The translations under genes and the position numbers were made by a program. A stretch of 63,962 nt of DNA, counting the filler, from Octopus bimaculoides (Eukaryota): assembly GCF_001194135.2 (NCBI RefSeq). It is 9 parts of 7 records of this genome, joined end to end, with 100 filler letters (N's around TTAATTAATTAA, not from the genome) between each part and the next. Parts side by side here need not be neighbours in the genome. Positions count along the whole stretch, not along the records: positions 10,648 to 19,909 come from NC_068987.1; positions 20,010 to 35,219 come from NC_068990.1; 7 more parts are not named here. One strand, 5' to 3'. Below the pieces are notes generated by a model. It was given only the letters and a program-made list of their open reading frames with translations, searched no databases and was not told where the DNA came from. Position 1 is the first letter of the stretch. The number at the start of each line of letters is the position of its first letter. Positions 12,940-23,229 of the stretch are shown here, piece by piece.

Positions 12940-13970
12940 TCGGTAGTAGCTCCACTCTAGCGTTCTATAGAGGGTTAGTGGGAGAAAAGTGCGACAACGT
13001 TCTCGGGGAAACTCTAGGCGTCGAGGATAATCAGCTAAACAGTCTGTTCAGGAGAACTTTCGGGCCGGGGCCCATGGATAATTTCCAAAGGTCCCTCGCC
13101 TGGCAGTGCTACCGAGGTGCGCTACCTGTTTGAGACAAACTCTACCGACACGGAAGTGCCGTCAACCGGGCCTGCCCGAGGTGCGCTCAGGACGATGAAA
13201 CCGTTCTGCACGCACTCGTCCAGTGCCCGAGCATTGCTAACCTGTGGGTCTATATCAAACAGCTACTGTCACGTGTAGGACGGATCCGGCTATCAGCTGA
13301 ATCTATCGTNNNNNNNNNNNNNNNNNNNNNNNNNNNNNNNNNNNNNNNNNNNNNNNNNNNNNNNNNNNNNNNNNNNNNNNNNNNNNNNNNNNNNNNNNNN
13401 NNNNNNNNNNNNNNNNNNNNNNNNNNNNNNNNNNNNNNNNNNNNNNNNNNNNNNNNNNNNNNNNNNNNNNNNNNNNNNNNNNNNNNNNNNNNNNNNNNNN
13501 NNNNNNNNNNNNNNNNNNNNNNNNNNNNNNNNNNNNNNNNNNNNNNNNNNNNNNNATGAGAGTAGAGAGGGAAGTGGTGTCTCATAGCAAATTCGTTGAA
13601 AGATGGGTGACTGTTGGAAGAATGGCCAGTATAAATGGACGAATTCTGAGAATACACCTGTAGAAAAAAAAAAGGTAATGTAAAAGGAAAAAGGGCTCTA
13701 TACCCCTTTCTTATTTTTTCTGACCAGGCTCCCGTGGTTTTATGGGTTTTTTCACGTGTAACCTTTCCTTTTTCGAAGTGCCTCCCCCTTTGGGAGTTCT
13801 ATTTATCTATTTATATATCTATTTATTCATTATATCTTTCTCCGTTTTCTTCCACTGTTTAGACGAACTTTCCTACCTTTTCGGACAAAACCTTTTAGTA
13901 ACCTTCGTCTTGTCTTTGTCCTTATATGTTTTTAATTGATATTAGCCCTTGTGGCCAATAAAACGAATTA

Positions 13971-14001
<31 letters not shown>
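12940..14001 (+). mobile_element. Tx1/L1-clade LINE, 5'-truncated, within the last SRBD1 intron (spans a gap)
   Basis: WQCYRGALPV*DKL...ACPRCAQDDETVLHALVQCPSIANLW is a zf-RVT-type CCHC motif. The ORF ends ...ERWVTVGRMASINGRILRIHL* at 13663, followed by a 3' UTR, AATAAA (13957-13962) and an (ATT)n tail. Confidence 0.8.
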
Positions 14002-14002
<1 letters not shown>

Positions 14003-14329
14003 GGCTTTTGAAAGGTGGATGAATGTGGCAAGAATGGTCCAAGTGAATGGGCCTATTCTAAACATGCGCCTATGGCTGATGTGGAGAAGGAACTTGCATG
14101 AGTGATCAGGACCTCCATGGTTTTTGTGGGATTTCCATGAGCAATCCTAGATAGGCTTTCTCTTTTGGGGATTTAATCTTTGTTAAATTTATATTTTTCT
14201 AATTTTTTTACTTTTTCCACACCTTTTATGTAATCCCACATTGTATTGTCCAGTACCATCCCCAACATTTTTTGTGAACCCTTAGTAGTTTATAAAGAAA
14301 ACATTATATTGTTGTTGGTCTTCTTCTTC

Positions 14330-14360
<31 letters not shown>

Positions 14361-14379
14361 TTTATCTATTTCAATGCAG

Positions 14380-14660
14380 AGTCTGAGAAGCCATTGTTCC
14401 GTACCAGTGTGATGGGCTGGAGTGACTTGAAAGTGGGAGAACAGCTGAGTGGTCGTGTCAGCAATGTCACTCATTTTGGTGCATTTGTTGATATTGGTGT
14501 GGGCACTGATGGTTTGCTGCATGTGAGTGGGATCAATAAAAGTCTACTGCATGCAAAGAATCGCACAAACTTAGCCATTGGAGATAAGATCGAAGTGAAA
14601 GTCACGAACTTTGATGTTACCAAAAAACGGATCGGTTTGTCATTGGTCAGTTTCCTTTAA
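14380..14660 (+). CDS. SRBD1: S1 RNA-binding domain-containing protein 1, last coding exon (S1 domain)
   Basis: Acceptor TCAATGCAG|. Encodes (E)SEKPLFRTSVMGWSDLKVGEQLSGRVSNVTHFGAFVDIGVGTDGLLHVS...IGDKIEVKVTNFDVTKKRIGLSL..*, a canonical Tex/SRBD1 C-terminal S1 domain. Confidence 0.93.
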
Positions 14661-14694
14661 GAACAACTATCGGATAGACATTAAGTTTTTAACA

Positions 14695-14912
14695 TTAACC
14701 CTTTAGCATTGATATTTTTCTGTCAAATGTCAGGCTCATCCATACACATTGTTTTGAGCTAATTATGCATTATCTCATATCTTCAAGATTTTGATGATGT
14801 GAGAATTTTATTTTCAGAATGAGATTTTAGGGTAGGTGTAAGAGGCTGGATCTGGTTAGTTTGAACATAGAACAGGTAGAATATGGGAGCAATATAAATA
14901 CTGAAGTGTTAA
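14695..14912. mobile_element. piggyBac-like MITE (TTAA-CCC...GGG-TTAA type), copy 1, degenerate right end
   Basis: Starts TTAACCCTTTAGCATT and ends CTGAAGTGTTAA. Internally similar to the copy at 18251-18434. Confidence 0.6.
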
Positions 14913-15077
14913 ATTTAGGCACAGAGATATTTTACATCTCTGGGCCATTTGCATGATCAAGAATTATATTTATTCTAATAATAGAAATTAGTTTCCGCAT
15001 AATGTTTAACCCTTTAGAGATGCTTCTGCACTGGAAAACACAGAACCATTTTTAACAAAATAGTTAAAATTCTATAA

Positions 15078-15083
15078 AATAAA
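15078..15083 (+). promoter_or_regulatory. Candidate SRBD1 polyadenylation signal (second AATAAA at 15142-15147)
   Basis: First AATAAA hexamers I found downstream of the stop codon. Chance occurrence in AT-rich DNA is plausible. Confidence 0.3.
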
Positions 15084-15761
15084 AAGCATGTCTGAATTTC
15101 AATAGACATAGAAAAATATGCTCTTTCGTCTTTCTAGTAAAAATAAACAGTTGCAGTTCAGCTCAATAGTCAATCTGATTATCATCCTTGGGGCAATATA
15201 TTAGCTTTTTTCGAGGTTTTAATTTCACTGACTTTTAGATGAAGAAATCTATTTTTTTTATAAAAAAAGAATGACAGTTTTTTCAAATTTGAAATATATA
15301 TTTTTCCTACTCACAAAATGAAGACCAGTTTAATTTTCAAATGTTAACTTGTTTTTGTTTTACACTTGTAGACAAATGAAAGTGGTTTCATTACATTGTT
15401 TGTAAAAAATATTTACTTTCCTGCCCAACTTTCTTCTGTCTCCATCATCTTTGACACATTCTTCTTCTTCAGCAGCCTTCTTGATAATCAGTATATGCAC
15501 ACACTGAGAGCCCTAAGATATTGTTGTTTATTCATAAATGGATGTGGGGAACAATATTTTTTAATCATTTAGATGTTCTTATACTGCACTTTCCTGTTGG
15601 TTTAATGTCAAAAACTTAAGGTCTACTTAACAATTTCATCCCAAAATGAACAACTCAAAAGTGATGTTTATATACATTGTGTGTGTGTACATACATACAC
15701 ACATACATACACACACATACATACATATATACATACATATATGAACACATGTATACATGCA

Positions 15762-15811
<50 letters not shown>

Positions 15812-15813
<2 letters not shown>

Positions 15814-16232
15814 TGCAAATGTGGCTGTGTGGCAAGAAGCTTGCTTCGCACCCATATAGTACCAGGTTCGGTCCCACTGTGAGGTACCTTGGGCATGTAT
15901 CTTCTACTATAGCCTTGGGCCAATCAAAGCCTAGGGAGTAGATTTGGTAGATGGAAACTGAAAGAAGCCCGTCGCGTATATATACATGCATACATACATG
16001 TATATATACATGTGTATGTATATATTTGTGTGTGTCTATGTTTGTCCATCCCCCCCATCACCATTTGACAACCGGTGTTGGTATGTTTATGTCCCCATAA
16101 TGTAGTGGTTCTGCAAAAGAGACCGATAGAATAAATACTAGGCTTAAGAAATAAGTCCTGGGGTCCAACTAAAACTCTTCAAGGTGGTGCTCCAGCATGG
16201 CTGCAGTCAAATGACTGAACAAGTAAAAGAAT
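15812..16232 (+). mobile_element. SINE family A, full length, flanked by (TA)n
   Basis: A-box TGGCTGTGTGG, B-box GGTTCGGTCCC, internal TA/TG tract, tail ATGACTGAACAAGTAAAAGA. Confidence 0.85.
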
Positions 16233-16509
16233 ATATGTGTCTTCTGTTCTTTTTTTCTTTCTTTTTTAATAAACTATAAACATTCTAATAGTATTTTTCT
16301 TCTTTTTCTTAATGTTCCTTTGTACATTTTTTATAAAAGACAACGTATCTAAAATTACGTGTATAGAAAGAGGTATTTTTGTATATGTATATCCATATTA
16401 GTAAACACGTTTGAATACATTATTCATCCACCCTCGTACACCAACCAAAATATCTAAACAAGAAATTTGGTGTCTTTTCATTATTTTCCTCATTTTGTCT
16501 GATCAATTA

Positions 16510-17060
16510 CACTGGACAACAAACGATTTTGCTACTGGGGTAAAAGCATATGTTTTAGACTAAATCGAGGATGCTGATTCCGAATCCACACTCAAAATTG
16601 TTCCAGTACGTCAGGATTTTGAGTTATGCACATGCACAAGATTATAACTATACTTTCGGCTAGATATAGGCCGTATTATAAAACTTACTAAAGAAATAAC
16701 AGCAATAAAACTAACAATGAGAAAGTTCATTATTTAGTTTAGCAATAGATGGCGCTGATGTATTGTGTGCAATGCCAAATACATCAGTTTGTTCTTGGTA
16801 ACTCTCAGTGCTGTTTGCAATGCCATCACATGTGGTATGTGTATCTCATGCTCGGCATGATTACTGTTTTAACTGTTTTCATTGTGTTAGATCATGAATA
16901 GGAGAGGCTGTGTGAATCACCATAGCAACTTTTGTTTTGTCTGGGAAAAATTTGCTCTGCCTGACCAGCAGAAGAACATTGCCACCAAATTAAAAATTGC
17001 CTATAAATATTATTTCAGGTGTAAAGTTGGGGACCAAGACAAGAGGTGGGCAACTCATAT
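16510..17060 (+). mobile_element. Chapaev3-like (CMC superfamily) DNA transposon, 5' end and transposase N-terminus
   Basis: Begins TTA|CACTGGACAACAAA (CACTG terminus after TWA). ORF MNRRGCVNHHSNFCFVWEKF...KIAYKYYFRCKVGDQDKRWATHI matches the C..PD.FCYICG...AY..YF..KLGDQDK.WAPH motif. The family name is from memory. Confidence 0.62.
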
Positions 17061-17399
17061 CAATGGAAAATTCTTCCCCCTTCCACTGGAAGCTGGAGAT
17101 GATTACTGGTTTTTGGCTTGCTTGTGATTAAGGAAACGGTTAGCTATTACTTATGTTTGTTAATGGGCATATAGAAAAAAGCAAACAACAAACTAAAATT
17201 TAATATTATTTTTGTATTTTTTCAATTTTTTTTGTACATGCATACATGCATACATACACACACACACACATACATGCATGGTGTGGTTAAGCAGTTGCAG
17301 CCACATAATTATAGGTACAGTTCCACTGCATATCACATTGGGCAAGTATTTTCCACTACAGCCTCAGGCTAACCAATGCCCTGTGAGTGGAAATGGTCA

Positions 17400-17795
17400 G
17401 CAGAATCTGGATGAACCTGTGATGCATGAGAGAGACCCAGGAAGACATGGGATGAAGTTGCAGGCCAATCTCAAAGCACTGAACCTTACAAAGGAGATGA
17501 CAGAGGACCAAGATATGTGGCACATTGCTGCACTCAAGAAGACCCACCCACCACAACAGGATAGAGGTCCTAAAACCAAGGTGCCACGTAAAAAACATTG
17601 GTATGTGTGCTGGTGCCATACAAAATGCACTCAGTACACTCTGTAAAGTGGTTGGCATTAGGAATGGCATCCAGCTGTAAAAACCAAGCCAAAACAGACT
17701 ATGGAACTTGGTATGGCCCCCTGATTTTGCTAGTTCCTGTCAAGCTGTCCAGCCCATACCAGCATAGAAAACAGATGTTAATTGTTGATGATGAT
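17400..17795 (+). mobile_element. RTE LINE 3' end (fused behind a SINE-A head at ~17280-17395)
   Basis: (G)RPRKTWDEV..ANLKALNLTKEMTEDQDMWHIAALKKT, then a 3' UTR (GGAATGGCATCCAGCTGTAAAAACC) and a (GAT)n tail. Confidence 0.7.
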
Positions 17796-17869
17796 AATTT
17801 ATGTATTTCTGCTTATGTGTGTTTGTGTGAATGTCTTCGCATGAATTCACTCAAACAAAAGAGGTGATA

Positions 17870-18055
17870 TTCTTATCTACTCTAGGCACAAGGCCCGAAA
17901 TTTTTGGAGAGGGGGGGGGCAGTCGATTAGATTGACCCAGTATACAACTGGTATTTAATTTATCGACCCCGAAAGAATGAAAGGCAAAGTTGATCTTGAC
18001 GAAATTGGAACTCAGAGCATAAAGGCAGATGAAATACTGCTAAGCATTTCTGCCT
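17870..18055 (-). mobile_element. SINE family B, CpG-decayed
   Basis: CTAGGCACAAGGCCCGAAATT...TTATCGACCCCGAAAGAATGAAAGGCAAAGTTGATCTTG. Confidence 0.75.
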
Positions 18056-18250
18056 TCACTCAAGCAAAAGTGGTGATATTATGTTGACAATTTCCTATCA
18101 AGCTCACCTTTTTTGAAGACAAATGGAATGAAATTCCCTTTTTGTTGCTGATCTTTACAGTAAGAATCCATAAATGGACAGTCATTTGGCTGTCAAACAA
18201 TACCTGAATAATGTCTTCATCCTATCTATGCTAGTATGAGAAAACTGACT

Positions 18251-18434
18251 TTAATCCTTTAGCATTCAGATTATTTTGTTAAATGTAATGCTTATTTATT
18301 CAAATTGTTTTGAATTAACCATACATTGTCTCATAATTTCAAAATTTTGATGATGTGATTTTATATCTTTAGAATGACATTATAGGATAGGTGTAAGGGG
18401 CTGGATATAGCCAGTTTAAACGCTAAAGGGTTAA
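18251..18434. mobile_element. piggyBac-like MITE, copy 2
   Basis: TTAATCCTTTAGC ... GCTAAAGGGTTAA gives terminal inverted repeats with TTAA at both ends. Confidence 0.65.
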
Positions 18435-19633
18435 ATCAGTAAACAAATGCATGTGTCTATATACACACACACACTCTCTCTCTCTCTCTCATGTTTTCTT
18501 CCATCTGGTAACCTGAAGCATAGCGTTAAGTGACAGGAAACAAATTTTCAATCTGGTATTTGAAAGCTGTCATCACTATGTCTTTATTGTGAGGCATGTT
18601 GTAGCTCATCTATAAACTGTATACTTCCTCCTCCACTATATCACCACCCACACCACCTGGTGTCTATCTTTCTATCCGCTTCAGTTCATTCGGAGCTCTG
18701 TACTGAATACCCTCTTTCTTTTCACACATAAAACATTGTGAAAAGCATTGCTCTGCTGCTTAATGAATTGACGTCTTTTTTCACTTGAAAACCTCTTCCC
18801 CTTCCTCTCCTACCCTCAGTGACAACAGCCAATAAAAATACAGAAAGCTTGGGAATTACCTGTTTCTCTTTTATTATCTCACACTTGCTGAACCAATGAG
18901 AAAACATGTACGTGGTTGGTCGACCACATACAGGTTCCTAGAAATAACAGCCAAAATCTCCCACAAATCACATCTCACCCTTTTATGAAAGGAACATATT
19001 GAATAATGTGGTCTTGGGATCCCTCACAAAAGTAAAAGATGAAACAGTCACTGCTGGTGCCTTTAATTGTCAATCCACTCAATCAAGACTCACACAGGCT
19101 AAACAACTTCAATTGAAAAGAAACCTACTACAAACAGGATTTATCCAGTCATGTGTGGTTAACCAACCAAAGTTTGGTTTTGGTATTTCACAACAATGTT
19201 TTTATTTTATGTACGTCACATAAAGTTTCTTTCTTTTCTGTTTCAAAATTTCCCTCCCCAAAAATATGACTATTCTCTCACAACTAACATCAAAATAAAT
19301 TACGTTTTATCTTTGAGATTCAATTTTTTAATCTGACTCATAAAAATGACCAGATCTACAGACAAATGTAGTCCAGCCATGACCATCCTTTCACTGCATG
19401 GCACCTTGAGCAACTGTTTTCTACAAGCCTCAGGCCAACCAAAGCCTGGTGAGTGGATTTAGTACAGGGAAACTGATAGAACCCCACCATATATGCATAT
19501 ATAGGAAAATTGAACAGAGAAATTAACTCTTGGGATGTTGTTAAACCATTTATATCTTGAATTCTTCTACTTTGTAATTATTCCTTTAAATTGTAAACTC
19601 ATTCTCTTTCTCTCTCTCATATATATATATATA

Positions 19634-19871
19634 TTTGACAGGAAGGACAACAAAAGAAAGAGACCTCGATATTATGCAAATAGAGGAATTTATCTGTAAA
19701 AATATGTGACACTTATTCAGTAGCCATCATAAAACAGTAATTTCCATTTTTCACAGGAATTTTCAATTGGCCGGATAACTGAAGAGATGTTGGCGTGGGC
19801 TCCCACCCCGGCATCCGAAAGTCGGAGTTTTATCATGGCTACTGAATAAGTGTCACATATTTTTACAGATA
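19634..19871. mobile_element. Penelope pseudo-LTR-like non-autonomous element in inverted arrangement (family A hammerhead carrier)
   Basis: 45-bp inverted repeat (19691-19735 vs 19827-19871, 1 mismatch). (TA)n lies at both outer ends. A homologue sits at 55529-55690. Confidence 0.6.
19768..19841 (+). ncRNA. Type I hammerhead ribozyme-like motif
   Basis: Stem I UGGCCG-GAUAA / UUAUC-(A)-UGGCUA; core CUGAAGA (19779-19785); 8-bp stem II GAUGUUGG/CCGGCAUC; one extra C; GAAA (19817-19820); near-palindromic stem III; GUU triplet with cleavage predicted after 19829. Confidence 0.62.
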
Positions 19872-20500
19872 TATATATATATATATATATATAAAAGTGT
19901 GTGTATGTGNNNNNNNNNNNNNNNNNNNNNNNNNNNNNNNNNNNNNNNNNNNNTTAATTAATTAANNNNNNNNNNNNNNNNNNNNNNNNNNNNNNNNNNN
20001 NNNNNNNNNGTGCCTATGCATGCATGTATATATGTATGTATGTATGTACGTATGTATGTATGTATGTATGTATGTATGTATGTATGTATGTATGTATGCA
20101 TGTGTGTGTATATATATATGTGTGTGTATGCATATGTATGTGTGTGTGTGTGTGTGTGTGTGCATCTGTATGTATGTATTCTGCATATTCATGTGCTTGC
20201 ATGTCCGTGTTTGTGTATTTTTTATGTATGTGTGTGTGTGAGCATTTTTTTTCTATATGTATGCACCTCTGTCTCCTTGTGTGTGTGTGTGTGTGTGTGT
20301 TTTGCAACTATGTACCATGCTTGTATGTCTGGATGTGCATCTCCATATGTGTGGACATGTGTCTCCATGTGTCCTTGTGTGAAGTAAAGTGTGTGNNNNN
20401 NNNNNCCTCCTCTTCTCTCTCTCCCCTCTCCTCCTCTCTCTCTGATTGATCGCTAAATCCACGAGTTCTTTTTATTCTCTCTGTTTATTTCCTCATATTC

Positions 20501-20624
20501 CTTTCTGTTGAAGAGCGTAGGCTCAAAACATAAAATACTTCCTCACTAACCCCAACGTCAAACTAATACTCCTGCTTGTTGTTCATCACCTTTCTTCGTT
20601 TTTTGTTTTTCTGTAAATCTCAAC

Positions 20625-20625
<1 letters not shown>
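20501..20625 (+). mobile_element. Family B hammerhead-like/pLTR element, decayed
   Basis: CTTT-CTGTTGA-A-GAGC-GTAG-GCTC-AAAACAT-A-AAAT (G12 and the CpG are lost). The downstream segment is shared with the 44374 and 45790-45947 copies and ends in (TA)n. Confidence 0.5.
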
Positions 20626-20659
<34 letters not shown>

Positions 20660-21794
20660 CGTTTTTGGATTTGATTTGCAAGATTCTTTATGTGAGTTCG
20701 TGTATTGAAGCATATTCTGTTGTATCTGGGGAGAGTCATTTTCTTTTTGTGCCTTATAATTTAACACATTCACCGGTAAAATTTCCACTTATTCCTTATT
20801 TTTATTTTCCTAAAATTTTCGTTGCGTCTTACAACCTTTTCAATAGTCCTGACTCTGTCCGTTATTTACGCTGCGTTCCTTTTTGTTTGTTTGTGTGCAT
20901 GTGTGTGGGTCAGTGTGTGTGTTTGTGTGTGTGTGTGCCTATGCATGCATGTATATATGTATGTATGTATGTACGTATGTATGTATGTATGTATGTATGT
21001 ATGTATGTATGTATGTATGNNNNNNNNNNNNNNNNNNNNNNNNNNNNNNNNNNNNNNNNNNNNNNNNNNNNNNNNNNNNNNNNNNNNNNNNNNNNNNNNN
21101 NNNNNNNNNNNNNNNNNNNNNNNNNNNNNNNNNNNNNNNNNNNNNNNNNNNNNNNNNNNNNNNNNNNNNNNNNNNNNNNNNNNNNNNNNNNNNNNNNNNN
21201 NNNNNNNNNNNNNNNNNNNNNNNNNNNNNNNNNNNNNNNNNNNNNNNNNNNNNNNNNNNNNNNNNNNNNNNNNNNNNNNNNNNNNNNNNNNNNNNNNNNN
21301 NNNNNNNNNNNNNNNNNNNNNNNNNNNNNNNNNNNNNNNNNNNNNNNNNNNNNNNNNNNNNNNNNNNNNNNNNNNNNNNNNNNNNNNNNNNNNNNNNNNN
21401 NNNNNNNNNNNNNNNNNNNNNNNNNNNNNNNNNNNNNNNNNNNNNNNNNNNNNNNNNNNNNNNNNNNNNNNNNNNNNNNNNNNNNNNNNNNNNNNNNNNN
21501 NNNNNNNNNNNNNNNNNNNNNNNNNNNNNNNNNNNNNNNNNNNNNNNNNNNGTGTCTCAGTCTCCATTTGCGTATGTATGCTTGTCTGTTCATATAACCT
21601 ATGTACCTATCCGTCTGTAGGTTGATCTGTTTATTTTCATATCCATATGCTTACATACATGTGCATATACACATATATGCCCACACATGTGCATATACAC
21701 ATATATGCCCACACGCATACATACATCTATCTACATAGCAGCCCACTAACTATTCTACTCTACCTGTGTAAACTGTGGGTATGGGGATATGATA

Positions 21795-23025
21795 TCTACT
21801 ATGTATATTTCCTATTTAGTATTGGGGAAGTTTCATTTATAAGGACGTACTCCCGTATTTGTCTGAGTGTTGGGTCTTTTGGGTGCTTGGATAAGATGCG
21901 GATGTCAAGTTGACCCAAGTTGCCTCCATAGTGGTCTTTGGCATGTTGGTAGAGTATGGAGGACTGTTTTTTTGTCGTCATATTGTCTCAGATGTCATTT
22001 AGTCGTTCCGCAATGCTCCTAGATGCCTCTCCTATGTACGTCATGTTCATGTCTTTACAAGCACCTTCTATGCAACTTATGCTGCAAACTACATTTCGAG
22101 TTCTACAGTTAATGCCAGGGCTAATCCCACACACTATGCAGTTATCATTGGTGCATATGGTATTCTCAAAGGGGTACGTCCTACATAGTTGTGATCTGAC
22201 GGAGTTCCCTGGCTTTTCAACAATGTTAATGTCGAGTTTGGTCTCCTTCAAAGCTTTTCTAAATCTACGGGCCAGTTCTCCATGGGCTGTGGCCTCTACA
22301 AACATCACTCCTTGATATTTGTCGGTTTTATGCCACGTGTTCGCTCTGTTTGCTTTGTCACAAGTTCTTTGTATCCTATTCCATTCTTTGTTTCTATATC
22401 CAGGGCAGGTACCACTGGTATCATTACGTATAATGTTGTCTAATTTCTTTCTAGCCCCTCTGTATACTCGAACCCTATCTTTTTGGTCATTTCCAGAGAA
22501 CTGCATGCGGTGCATGAAGTTCTGTATATTTTTTCGTTTCATAGGGTTCGCATAGTAGGGACACATTGTTCATTATTCTAACTAAGTCTGCTATCAGTAT
22601 GTTAATTTTCATGTTGTGTGACAAAGCTGAGTTCTTGTGAACAACATATTTTGAAGTTATGGGTTTCATGTAATAGGAGTGGAGGAACTGCACTCTATTG
22701 TTCACAGTCTCTAACCAAAGTTCAGGATCAAGTACAGGGAGTCTACTGTTGAGGTGCTTAGTGGTATAGTTACTTTGATACTTTGGTGGATGGAGTTAGC
22801 TATTTGCTGGATGCTCTCCATTACGTTCCTTTCGGTTTCTACACGACCGCCACTAGAGTTGGTTCTAACTATGATATTAATGTCATCGACATATCCACTG
22901 TAGAGTAGAAGAGTTGTGGACTGTTCTGCTAACAGATGTTTAAGTTTTCTGTTGCATCAGGTCATGAAGAGGCCAGCCACATCTCCAGCTACACCGACAC
23001 CGATGGCTGCACCTTGAACCTGCAT
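21795..23025 (-). mobile_element. Penelope-like element (Neptune-type): RT C-terminal half, Cys linker and GIY-YIG endonuclease, frameshifted
   Basis: QVQGAAIG..VAGLFM (RT), LLLYSGYVDDINI (YVDD), YYMKPITSKYVVHKNSALS, C-x4-C-x2-C-x7-C linker (CTNDNCIVCGISPGINC), VCSISC..TYIGEASRSIAERL, SILYQHAKDH and RQIREYVLI..PILN. Confidence 0.88.
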
Positions 23026-23229
23026 NNNNNNNNNNNNNNNNNNNNNNNNNNNNNNNNNNNNNNNNNNNNNNNNNNNNNNNNNNNNNNNNNNNNNNNNNNN
23101 NNNNNNNNNNNNNNNNNNNNNNNNNNNNNNNNNNNNNNNNNNNNNNNNNNNNNNNNNNNNNNNNNNNNNNNNNNNNNNNNNNNNNNNNNNNNNNNNNNNN
23201 NNNNNNNNNNNNNNNNNNNNNNNNNNNNN

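Noticed and set aside
12482-12955. 157-aa minus-strand ORF
   Set aside because: It has no recognisable motif and is antisense to an RTE remnant and intronic AT-rich sequence.
15812-15890. tRNA gene-like A/B boxes here and at other SINE heads
   Set aside because: No complete cloverleaf, and they continue into SINE bodies. I report no true tRNA or rRNA genes.
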